A DNA stretch of 64,000 nucleotides, taken from positions 34,288,001-34,352,000 of the forward strand of contig NC_086097.1 of assembly GCF_963921235.1 (NCBI RefSeq). The letters are read 5' to 3'. Numbering within the stretch: position 1 is the first letter of the stretch; each line of letters begins with the position of its first letter. The position numbers were made by a program, and so were the translations under genes. The stretch is from Mobula hypostoma (lineage: Eukaryota). The notes under the pieces were generated by a model. That model had not been told where the DNA came from and ran no database searches. It worked only from the letters and a program-made list of their open reading frames with translations. This document shows positions 37,508 through 49,200 of the stretch, in pieces.

Positions 37508-39513
37508 ATCAATTCCAAAGAAGTAGCATACAAATTAGCCAGAGAAAGTGGCTCACCTGAGGACTGGGAGAAATTCAGAGTTCAGCAGAGGAGGACAAAG
37601 GGCTTAATTAGGAAGGGGAAAAAAGATTATGAGAGAAAACTGGCAGAGAACATAAAAACGGACTGTAAAAGCTTTTATAGATATGTAAAAAGGAAAAGAC
37701 TGATAAAGACAAATGTAGGTCCCCTGCAAACAGAAACAGGTGAATTGATTATGGGGAGCAAGGACATGGCAGACCAATTGAATAATTACTTTGGTTCTGT
37801 CTTCACTAAGGAGGACATAAATAATCTTCCAGAAATAGTAAGGGACAGAGGGTCCAGTGAGATGGAGGAACTGAGCGAAATACATGTTAGTAGGGAAGTG
37901 GTGTTAGGTAAATTGAAGGGATTGAAGGCAGATAAATCCCCAGGGCCAGATGGTCTGCATCCCAGAGTGCTTAAGGAAGTGGCCCAAGAAATAGTGGATG
38001 CATTAGTGATAATTTTTCAAAACTCGTTAGATTCTGGACTAGTTCCTGAGGATTGGAGGGTGGCTAATGTAACCCCACTTTTTAAAAAAGGAGGGAGAGA
38101 GAAACCGGGGAATTATAGGCCGGTTAGCCTAACGTCGGTGGTGGGGAAACTGCTGGAGTCAGTTATCAAGGATGTGATAACAGCACATTTGGAAAGCGGT
38201 GAAATGATCGGACAAAGTCAGCATGGATTTGTGAAAGGAAAATCATGTCTGACGAATCTCATAGAATTTTTTGAGGATGTAACTAGTAGAGTGGATAGGG
38301 GAGAACCAGTGGATGTGGTATATTTGGATTTTCAAAAGGCTTTTGACAAGGTCCCACATAGGAGATTAGTGTGCAAACTTAAAGCACACGGTATTGGGGG
38401 TAAGGTATTGGTGTGGGTGGAGAATTGGTTAGCAGACAGGAAGCAAAGAGTGGGAATAAACGGGACCTTTTCAGAATGGCAGGCGGTGACTAGTGGGGTA
38501 CCGCAAGGCTCAGTGCTGGGACCCCAGTTGTTTACAATATATATTAATGACTTGGATGAGGGAATTAAATGCAGCATCTCCAAGTTTGCGGATGACACGA
38601 AGCTGGGTGGCAGTGTTAGCAGTGAGGAGGATGCTAAGAGGATGCAGGGTGACTTGGATAGGTTGGGTGAGTGGGCAAACTCATGGCAGATGCAATTTAA
38701 TGTGGATAAATGTGAAGTTATCCACTTTGGTGGCAAAAATAGGAAAACAGATTATTATCTGAATGGTGGCCGATTAGGAAAAGGGGAGGTGCAACGAGAC
38801 CTGGGTGTCATTATACACCAGTCATTGAAAGTGGGCATGCAGGTACAGCAGGCGGTGAAAAAGGCAAACGGTATGCTGGCATTTATAGCGAGAGGATTCG
38901 AGTACAGGAGCAGGGAGGTACTACTGCAGTTGTACAAGGCCTTGGTGAGACCACACCTGGAGTATTGTGTGCAGTTTTGGTCCCCTAATCTGAGGAAAGA
39001 CATCTTTGCCATAGAGGGAGTACAAAGAAGGTTCACCAGATTGATTCCTGGGATGGCAGGTCTTTCATATGAAGAAAGACTGGATGAACTGGGCTTGTAC
39101 TCGTTGGAATTTAGAAGATTGAGGGGGGATCTGATTGAAACGTATAAGATCCTAAAGGGATTGGACAGGCTAGATGCAGGAAGATTGTTCCCGATGTTGG
39201 GGAGGTCTAGAACGAGGGGTCACAGTTTGAGGATAGAGGGGAAGCCTTTTAGGACCGAGGTTAGGAAAAACTTCTTCACACAGAGAGTGGTGAATCTGTG
39301 GAATTCTCTGCCACAGCAAACTGTTGAGGCCAGTTCATTAGCTATGTTTAAAAGGAAGTTAGATATGGCCCTTGTGGCTACAGGGGTCAGGGGGTATGGA
39401 GGGAAGGCTGGGTTCTGAGTTGGATGATCAGCCATGATCATAATAAATGGCGGTGCAGGCTCGAAGGGCCGAATGGCCTACTCCTGCACCTATTTTCTAT
39501 GTTTCTATGTTTC
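37508..39513 (+). mobile_element. Young 5'-truncated CR1 LINE with uninterrupted ORF2 remnant
   Basis: Frame is open from 37508 to the stop at 39418 with all RT motifs, including KFADD; (ATGTTTCT)n tail; TATAAT at 37502-37507 and 39514-39519. Confidence 0.97.
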
Positions 39514-39532
39514 TATAATGAGGTAGTTTTCA

Positions 39533-41435
39533 AAAATCATCATCATCATCATCATCAGGTGCCATGCCCAGTTTGAGCTTTGACTGCCATGGCCCACACA
39601 CTCCTGTATTGGGTCAAGTGGAACAATTCATTGGTATTCATTTCCAGTTCTCTGGCTGCTGTCTCCATTATCATTTGTCTTTGTCTTCCTCTTGCTTTCT
39701 TCCCTTCAATCTTTCCCATAATTACCGTGCATTCTAACTCCTCTTTCCTAATCACATGTCCAATGAAGTTATGTTGCCTTTTCATGATCTCATACATTAT
39801 TTCTGTGTTTGTGTTTGCTCTGTTCATGACATCCTCGTTAGATATTCGTTTTGTCCATGATATTCTTTGCATCTTCCTCAAAAACCACATCTCTGCTGCT
39901 ACAATCCGTTTCCTCATGTTACTAGGTATTGTCCAACATTCTGAGCCATATAACATAACTGGATAAACGTAACATTTCAGTACTCTGAGGTGGGTTGTCA
40001 TGCCCAGTTTAGTATTGGTCAGTATACTCCTCATTCTCGTAAAGGTGTCTTTTGCCATCCCTATTCTTCTTTTGATGTCCAAGTCGCACCATCTGCCATC
40101 TGATGTCACCCAGCTTCCTAAGTAGCAAAAGTTCTGAACTTGTTTTATGTCTTCCCCATTTATTCTCAGCCTGCAGATAGGATTCTCCTTCTTTTTGGTT
40201 ATCACCATACATTCTGTCTTTTTGCAATTGATAGATAGACCCATTTTTGCACTTCCTTCAACAATTATATCAATTAAGTTTTGTAGTTCATCCTCCGTAC
40301 TTGCAATTAACACAATGTCATCTGCACATCTGAAATTATTGATGTTTTCACCGCCAACTTTGATTCCCAAGATGTCTCTTATTTTTTGTAATATTGTTTC
40401 ACTGTACTGTACACATTAAATAAATCAGGGGAGAAAACACACCCTTGTCTAACGCCTCTCTTGATTTTCGTAAACTGACTCACTTCTCCATCTATTCTTA
40501 CAGCAGCGGTCTGTTCCCAGTACAGATTTTTGATTAGGTGGAGGTCTTTCAAATCTAGATCTAGTGTTTTCCCTAATATTTCTAATAACTTATTGAGCTT
40601 CACTTTATCAAATGCTTTTGTGTAGTCAATAAAACAAACAAACATTTCTTTTTGCACTTGAATAGCTCGTTCTGATAGTATCCTTAACATCAATATTGTG
40701 TTTCTTGTACCTTTGTCTTTCAAAAAACCACATTGTTCTTTGCCTATTTCAGCTTGTATCTTACTTTTAGCTCTTGTCATCAAAGTTCTTAGAAGTATCT
40801 TGGTGATATGACTCATTAAACTTACGGTCCTATGTAATTCACATTCTATTGCTCCAGCTTTCTTAGGAAGAGTGATAAATACTGAATTTTTTCATCTCTT
40901 CTGGTATTATTCCAGTCCCATAAATTTCATTGATTAAATCAGTAAGTTTTTCAATTCCATAATCTTCAAGGGCGATAATTTGTTCTATTACTAATTCATC
41001 AGGACCTGCTGCCTTTCCTTTCTTCAACTTATTTATTGCATTACGAACTTCAGATTTTAAAATACTTGGACCTTCAATATTTTTCTTAATTTCTGGTTTT
41101 TCGTCTCGATCATCTTCAAACATTTCCTGAATATACTCAGTCCATCTGTTCATAATCTCAACTTTTTCCGTGGTAATGGTACCGTCCTTTGCTTTCAAAC
41201 ATCCACCTGAAGAACAGAGGAGCTTTTTACCAGTGATATTCTTGATTTGTTGATGTAACCTTTTTGGATCAGTAATAGGGATTCTTTCTATTTGCTCACA
41301 TTCCTGGTTTAACCATTCTTCTTTGGCTTTTTGACATAAGCTTTTAACTTTTTTATCTAAGGACTTATATTCCAAAGGATTTGCTTTCTTCCATCTCCTT
41401 TCTTCCATTAGATTTTTGATTTCATCTGTCATCCA
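39533..41435 (-). mobile_element. RTE-clade LINE, 5'-truncated, RT with two frameshifts
   Basis: KAAGPD, FIDYTKAFDKV, GVRQGCVFSPDLFN, NNFRCADD, F.YLGS, MLYGSECWT; (ATG)n tail; TSD TAGTTTTCA at 39524-39532 and 41436-41444. Confidence 0.95.
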
Positions 41436-41707
41436 TAGTTTTCATAGATACAGGGACCATTCAGAAATCTGATGGTAGAGGGGAAGATGATGAGTCAGGG
41501 TCTCTGTACTCTTGTGGAGGGCAGGTCCCGGATGGTGAGGGTCCACTAAATCAATCTGCCTTATCAAATTTACTTCCATGATTCAGTGGTAGATTCGTCA
41601 ACTTCACTTGCCATTAAAACTTGGAATGTCAGTTTTGTCTGTACTGATAATCTTCTCTGAAGTGTATACGACAGCTTAGCTATATTTGAACATTAAGCAA
41701 AACAGTG

Positions 41708-41785
41708 ATAGTAGTAATAATGGTAGTAACAGTAGTAGTCATAGTAATAATAGCAGTAGTTGTTGTAATAGTAGTAGTAGTAGTA
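41708..41785. repeat. Degenerate (TAG/TAA)n microsatellite
   Basis: Direct trinucleotide run. Confidence 0.85.
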
Positions 41786-41799
41786 CATATTTTCTGTTC

Positions 41800-41883
41800 C
41801 AGAGATTCCCAACCCTTTTTAAGTCATGGGCATTAAGAAAACATTAAGAAAGGTGTCCGTGGACTCCCCGTTGGGAACTCTTG
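41800..41883. mobile_element. Possible small hAT/Charlie-type MITE
   Basis: Imperfect terminal inverted repeats CAGAGATTCCCAAC / GTTGGGAACTCTTG; no clear 8-bp TSD. Confidence 0.35.
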
Positions 41884-42349
41884 GAGTCCAGTCCAATATG
41901 ATGTTCTCCTATGGGGTTGTCTATTGGTGAGTCTTCAGGAGGCTGTAGAGGCCAAACCAGGATCCACATATTCTGCCACTTGCTGATCACCATGGGACTT
42001 AATGTGGGCTGTTAGAATGGATTCCTTTAATGAAAAATGCCTGTGCATGACTTTGTTTTACAATGAGCAGCCACCACAGATCTTTGACAGATTGAGGTCA
42101 AGGTTCATTGGCATGGAATTCAAGACGACTGAGGGCATTTCACTGCTGCAGCCTTCCCCTGCCTCCTTGACCATTGTGGTGTGCATCATCTTCTGCCAGC
42201 TCTGCCACTGAGGTCTTGGTTGGATCACTCTTCAACTGGAACCTCTCCCTTACTCTTACTGCCATGGGTGATACCACCAGAAAATAAGTGCTAGATAGGT
42301 CAACTCCAGATAGCACCACATTCGGGATCTCTGGAACACATGAGCCTCA

Positions 42350-44120
42350 GCACCACAACAACAGCCTCTCACTCAATGTCACCAAAACCAAAGAGCTGGT
42401 TACTCACTACAGGAGGAGGAAACTGAAGGTACATGAGCCAGTTCTCATCAGTGGATTCGAGGTGGAGAAGGTCAGTAACTTTAAATTCCTTGGTGTCGTC
42501 ATTTCTGAGGATCTGTCCTAAGTTCGGCATGCAAATGTCATTACAAATAAAGCACGGCAGCGCCTTTACTTTCTTAGAAGTTTGCAAAGATTCAGCATAT
42601 CATCTAAAACTCTGGAAAACCTCTCTAGAGCTGGAGGAGAGTATACTGACCGGTTGCATCACCTGGTACGGAAACACCAATGCCCAAGAATGGAAAAGTC
42701 TACACAAAGTAATAAATACAGCCCAGTCCATCACAGGAAAAGCCCTCCCCCACTATCTACAAGGAGTGCTGTCACAGGAAAACAGCATTATTTATCAAGG
42801 AATCCCACCAACCAGGCCATGCTCTCTTCTCGCTGCTGCCACTGGAAAGGATGTACAAGAGCCTTAGGTCCCACACCACCAGGTACAGGAACAGCTATTA
42901 CCCTTTAACCATCGGGCTCCTGGACCAGAGTGGAAAACTTCACTCACCCCAACACAGAACTGATTCTACAACCCATGGACTCACTTTCAAGAACCCTACA
43001 ACTCAAGTTCTCAATATTTATGACTTATTAATTATTATCATTTTGTTTTTCTTTTTGTATTTGCATAATTTGTTGTCTTTTGAACATCAGTAGTTCCACG
43101 GTTGGGGCTAAGATGTCGCCAGATAGTGGCTTCTTCAAGCTCACCTGAGAAAACAGCTTGAATTCTTCTCTTTAATGTCTCTTTTTCCCTTTTCAGGGTT
43201 CTGTCTGAGTCTGTGACCTGCAGCTGCACTCAAACCACAGTGTTTCACGATGGAGTAGTTCCCGCTCCAGAGCTCACCTACTGGCTGTTTTCAACATACC
43301 CAGGAGTGGCCTGAAAGATGTGCGCCTTCCGGATGTGGCTTTGTGAATGATAAATTCTATGCCACTGTTACCAACTGAGGCATCACGGGAGAAACGGTAC
43401 ATCGTGACAGCGGATGCGCCTGTCAGAGCCCTCTGTATTTGGGCAATCACTCTCTCACTCTCTTTCTCTCGATGGTGGGGAGAGTTTACTGCCAATTCTC
43501 GAGTCGGAGAATCGTGGAATAAAAGGAGGGTGACGCAACAGACTGTAATATCATAACAGGGACTGTTTGTTGGTCTCCTCTCTTGCAGTGGAAAAGGGGT
43601 GACACCCTTCTGTCCCTTGTTAGTGAGAGAGAGAGAGAGATCCTGTGGCATGTTGAATTTCAGGGTGAACAATGGTTTTTGTTGGACTGCCAATCATGGT
43701 CTCTCTTTGGGGGCTTTGCTGTTGCTTGTTTGGTAGCTGACATTTCCTGTTGAAATGGGTGTGGAGCAGGAGGGAGAGGTTGATGCTTTGTTGCTGATTG
43801 AGCGTGGGAGGGGGAAAGGGGGCTTTGGGGTTTCAACATCTTTTTCTGTCATTCATTCGTTGGGGTTCTCTTCTGTTTTCATGGATATCTGTGAAGAGTA
43901 AGAATTTCAGGTTGTATACTGTGTACATTCTCTGATATTAAATGGAACCTTTGAACCACCGAATCATGAGTTGTTTGTCCATCTGTGTGTGTAGTTTTTT
44001 CATTGATTCGATTGTACTTCTTTGTAGCTACTGTAGACAAGAAAATGTTTCTCATGGTAGAAACTCATGGCTACATGTCGCACATGTACTCTGACAATAA
44101 ATTTGCTTTGAACTTTGAGC
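42350..44120 (+). mobile_element. Rex1/Babar-clade LINE 3' fragment, 3' UTR interrupted by the element at 43100
   Basis: LSLNVTKTKELV, FKFLGV, NKARQRLYFLRSL, ESILTGCITWYG; tail 'aataaatttgctttgaactttga' near 44096. Confidence 0.75.
43100..43958 (+). mobile_element. Non-coding non-autonomous retroelement with AACCTTTG tail, copy 2
   Basis: Starts near 'aagatgtcgcc'; 3' half homologous to 19140-19560; ends 'attaaatggaacctttgaacc'. Confidence 0.65.
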
Positions 44121-44923
44121 AACAAGGTGAATATTCTCGGAGAAGAAGCAGAAGGTATCAATACCCATGTATTACCTTAATATGCTACAGTAGCTTTGTA
44201 TGGCTCCTAGATCGCTATTGGTAAAAATAATACATCTTTCTCAATTTTATAGGAAGAAAAAAATCTGTTAGCTCTGTCAAGAATTTCAATCTCTCCAATC
44301 CCCTTACAATACTGCTGCTGTTTTAGACAGTGGTTCTAAGTCTCTGAAAAAAACAATTAGAAGATTGCAAAGATTATGATGTGCATTTTTGACCCATCTT
44401 ATTAGTCAATGGCAAAAATATATTTTTTAGAATTTCCTATTGCATTAAATTCAAGGGTTTTATTTAAAGTTATTCACCCATAATTTCAGTTCTAGACTGA
44501 AAAAGAACAGACTTATTAGGAACTGAACTGTTATTTTTACTTTCAGAATTTGTGTAGGTTGAAATGAAGTGATCTCTGATGGATGTATTTCCAAAACACA
44601 AGAATATCTGTTTTAGATGAATAACTGAAAAACAAATTATCAATAAAATCATCTCTATTGCCAGTGGTAATAAAGTTACAGGCCACACTGGGAGCAGTGG
44701 GAGATCCAGAGATTGGACTGGGGGCTCATTTTATGGATAGAATTTCACAGGGTGTTAGAAGGAATGTACCTGCTAACCACTCCTTCGTGAGGCAATGACA
44801 CAAGGTGAGCCATGACCCTGATTTCCCATTTGCTGGCTATCCAAAGGAACCACCTTCATGAATGACAGAAGGTATCAAAGGACGAACAGTATACAAGCCA
44901 CATCTGGATCTCCCTGTTGGGGT

Positions 44924-45762
44924 TGTTGCGTGTCCAGCAACAATGAATATAGAATTGAGTCAGGTTTTATAAGCAAACATTAACATTTATTAAACTCTGC
45001 TCAACAATAGCAAAAAGTATTCAAACAACTAACTTAACCGGAAGTTAATTGCTATACGGCAACTCTGGAACAGATCTTAAAGTGGTAAATTAAGAAAGTC
45101 CAAATGATTTATACAGTCAGTAAGGAGAGACTTCTCTGGAAACGGATTTCTTCGAAGACGTGACGTTACTGCTGATCCCATCCAAAGGATTCACAATGAA
45201 GGAAATAAAACAGCTTAAAGGAATTGACCTTTTTCCTGGATGGTGAACACTGCACAAACCTTCTTGATCTTGCAGGAGTTATCTCAGATGCAGGCCACTA
45301 TTCCTGAACAAAGATTCAATAAGGTCGATCCTTTATAAATGACTCCAACTTTACTCAGTTCTTCAGGCTCCTGTACTTTAGTAAGGTCTTCACTCTCCAA
45401 TACTAGACTGTAAAAGTAAATCAAAGGTACAACAAACAAAAACTGGCAGCAATTGGCAAAACCGCTGGCAAAACGATTTTTACCTTACAATAGAAAGTAA
45501 AACTCCACTTTAAAACGAAACCGCGTCATGAGACAAATATGCAGCATAACGACGTAACTGATGAACTAAACAACGAATGAACTGCGTGATAACAGGGGTT
45601 TCCCCTTTTATATACCTATAGGGAACATGTCATCACGTGACCTCACACCAGCAGGGAAATTACATCACCCCACCATCACAAGACCATTACATCATGCTCA
45701 CAAGATACTCAATTATATCATGGACATAAGACAGTCACAAGATACCCACGAGGTATGTAACA
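44924..45762 (-). mobile_element. Solo LTR (839 bp)
   Basis: TGTTGC...GTAACA termini; exact 4-bp TSD GGGT (44920-44923, 45763-45766); minus-strand TATATAAAA near 45606-45614 and AATAAA near 44987-44992. Confidence 0.85.
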
Positions 45763-46246
45763 GGGTCATAATTAATTTGCTATTTTTTTATTAGATGACT
45801 GTAGCTCCATTACAATGGGAACTATTGAGCTTAGTGTATAGTTCAGAATGTCGTAGAAAAACACCCTGTTCCAGAGGCTTGACTGTCAAAATCAATGTTT
45901 CAGAGTTGTACTGAGGGAGAACAGTCACATGAAATGTAATAGCCTCAAAATAAGGCTCCGTCATCTTCCTGGCATTGAACATCGTTAACAAACTCCATAA
46001 CATTGTTTCAAAAAAGCTTTCAAAAAAACTGAAGTTTGTTAGTGCCAGTTCCAAGCTAGCACTAATGTGCTTTCACGTAAAGCTACTCTATTTCAAGAAA
46101 AGAGCAGTCTTAGAGTACATGAGTCCAATTTCCTGTACTAACATAGAACATAATATGGTATAGGAGCAGGCTCCTTTGCGTGTTCTGTCTCTGCTGACAG
46201 TGATATCAATTTAAACTGCATAGCTGCTAGCATATGGTCTATATCC

Positions 46247-49200
46247 CTCCAAAGGGCTGACAGATACCAGTTTCAATTGGGAAACGTGGAATGCAGGATG
46301 GATGTGCATCGATCTGGGCAGTTTGAGTCAAACCGCCGAGGAGTTGATAATACTCTCAAACTTGAAAAGTCCCAGGAAGCGAGGGGCGAGTTTCTTGGGC
46401 TTGTTCTTGAAGGGGTTGTCTTTAGAAGAGAGCCAAACCTTCTGCCCAGGCCGATAATCAGGTGCAGGAAAACGATGGCGATCGGCAATCCTCCTGTGGC
46501 GGTCGGCTGAGCGGAACAGGGCCGCATGTGTGTCTTCCCAGATCCTGCGGCACCAGTGGAGATGGGCCTGAACAGAAGGCACAGCAATGTCGTCTTCGTG
46601 AGCGGAGAACAGAGAGGGTTGGTAACCGAGGGAGCTGGTAACTGAGGGACCATTCAGAGGGAGACCTTCTGGTGGCGGTGCTGACCAGGGAGTTGTGGGC
46701 GTACTCTACCCAAGCGAGATGGGTGCTCCAGGCAGACGGGTTATTGGCCGTTATGCAGCGAAGTGCTGCTTCCAAATCCTGGTTAGCCCATTCTGTTTGA
46801 CCGTTCACCTGCAGATGAAAGCCGGAAGACAGACTTACTGAGGCTCCAAAGGCTTGACAAGAAGATCTCCAGACCTGAGAGACAAATTGGGGACCCCAGT
46901 CAGAAATAATGTCCAAAGGAATACCGTGAAGGTGGAAGGCATGATGGACAAGAAAGTCGGCTGTTCATGATGGGCAATAGATACTTGTTCTTTATGGTTA
47001 CATTATTTAGGCCTTGGTGGTCGATGCAGGGACATAGTGAACCATCCTTCTTCCCCACAAAGAAGAACCCTGCATCCACCGGGGAGGACGAAGTTTGGAT
47101 AATGCCCACCGCCAGAGATTCACTAATGTTCACTGGAGAGATTCACTCCATTGCTTCCCTCTCTGGCCGGGACAAGTTATACAGTCGACTGGTGGGTAGA
47201 AGAGCTCCGGGGAGGAGGTCAATAGCACAATCGTACACTCGGTGTGGAGGCAGGGAAAGGGCCTGTTGCTTACAAAACACTTGTCCCAGGTCTTGGTACT
47301 CCACTGGAACCCTGGACAAGTCAGGGGTTTCAGCGGCAGAGGAGATCACAGTGGTTGTTACAGGGGAAGGGCAGACTGTAGACAAGTGGAGTGACAGAAC
47401 TGACTCCAGCTGGCTATCTTACGGTGGAATTCTTCATTAAGATGGAGAGTGATATAGTTAATTCAGAAACAAAGGTTCTGAACTTAAAGAAGGGTAACTT
47501 TGAAGGTATGAGACATGAATTAGTTAAGATAGACTGGCAAATGATATTTAAGGGGTTGACGGTAGATATGCAATGGCAAGCGTTTAAAGATCTCATGGAT
47601 GAACTACAACAATTGTTCATCCCAGTTTGGCAAAAGAATAAACCAGGGAAGGTAGTGCACCCGTGGCTGACAAGAGTAATTAGGGATAGTATCAATTCCA
47701 AAGAAGAAACATACAAATTAGCCAGAAAAAGCGGGTCACCTGAGGACTGGGAGAAATTCAGAGTCCAGCAGAGGAGGACAAAGGGCTTAATTAGGAAAGA
47801 GAAAAAAGATTATGAGAGAAAGCTGGCAGGGAACATAAAAACTGACTGTAAAGACTTTTATAGATATGTGAAAAGAAAAAGATTGGTTAAGACAAATGTA
47901 GGTCCCTTAGAGTCAGAAATAGGTGAATTGATCATGTGGAACAAAGACATGGCAGATCAATTGAATAACTACTTTGGTTCTGTCTTCACTAAGGAGGACA
48001 TAAATAATCTTCCGGAAATAGTAGGGACAGAGGGTCCAGTGAGGTGGAGGAACTGAGGGAAATACATGTTAGTAGGGAAGTGGTGTTAGGTAAATTGAAG
48101 GGATTAAAGGCAGATAAATCCCCAGGGCCAGATGGTCTGCATCCCAGAGTGCTTAAGGAAGTAGCCCAAGAAATAGTGGATGCATTAGTGATAATTTTTC
48201 AAAACTCTTTAGATTCTGGATTAGTTCCTGAGGATTGGAGGGTGGCTAATGTAACCCCACTTTTTAAAAAAGGAGTGAGAGAGAAACCAGGGAATTATAG
48301 ACCGGTTAGCCTAACATTGGTGGTGGGGAAAGTGCTAGAGTCAGTTATCAAAGATGTGATAACAGCACATTTGGAAAGCAGTGAAATCATCGGACAAAGT
48401 CAGCATGGATTTGTGAAAGGAAAGTCATGTCTGACGAATCTCAAAGAATTTTTTGAGGATGTAACTAGTAGAGTGGATAGGGGAGAACCAGTGGATGTGG
48501 TATATTTGGATTTTCAAAAGGCTTTTGACAAGGTCCCACACAGGAGATTAGTGTGCAAACTTGAAGAACACGGTATTGGGGGTAAGGTATTGATGTGGAT
48601 AGAGAATTGGTTGGCAGACAGGAAGCAAAGAGTGGGAATAAACAGGACCTTTTCAGAATGGCAGGCAGTGACTAGTGGGGTACCGCAAGGCTCAGTGCTG
48701 GGACCCCAGTTGTTTACAATATATAGTAATGACTTAGACGAGGGAATTAAATGCAGCATCTCCAAGTTTGCAGATGATACGAAGCTGGGCGGCAGTGTTA
48801 GCTGTGAGGAGGATGCTAAGAGGATGCAGGGTGACTTGGATAGGTTAGGTGAGTGGGCAAATTCATGGCAGATGCAATTTAATGTGGACAAATGTGAGGT
48901 TATCCACTTTGATGGCAAGAACAGGAAAACAGATTATTATCTGAATGCTGGCCGATTAGGAAAAAGGGGAGGTGCAACGAGACCTGGGTGTCATTGTACA
49001 CCAGTCATTGAAAGTGGGCATGCAGGTACAGCAGGCGGTGAAAAAGGCGAATGGTATGCTGGCATTCATAGCAAGAGGATACGAGTACAGGAACAGGGAG
49101 ATACTACTGCAGTTGTACAAGGCCTTGGTAAGACCACACCTGGAGTACTGTGTGCAGTTTTGGTCCCCTAATCTGAGGAAAGACATTCTTGCCATAGAGG

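Noticed and set aside
38332..39036. Antisense ORFs conserved between CR1 copies (also 48514-49219, 53024-53587)
   Set aside because: Shadow frames of CR1 ORF2, shared only because the copies are closely related.
37745..39418. 557-aa ORF as a host gene
   Set aside because: It is CR1 ORF2 with a LINE tail and a near-identical sibling at 47421.
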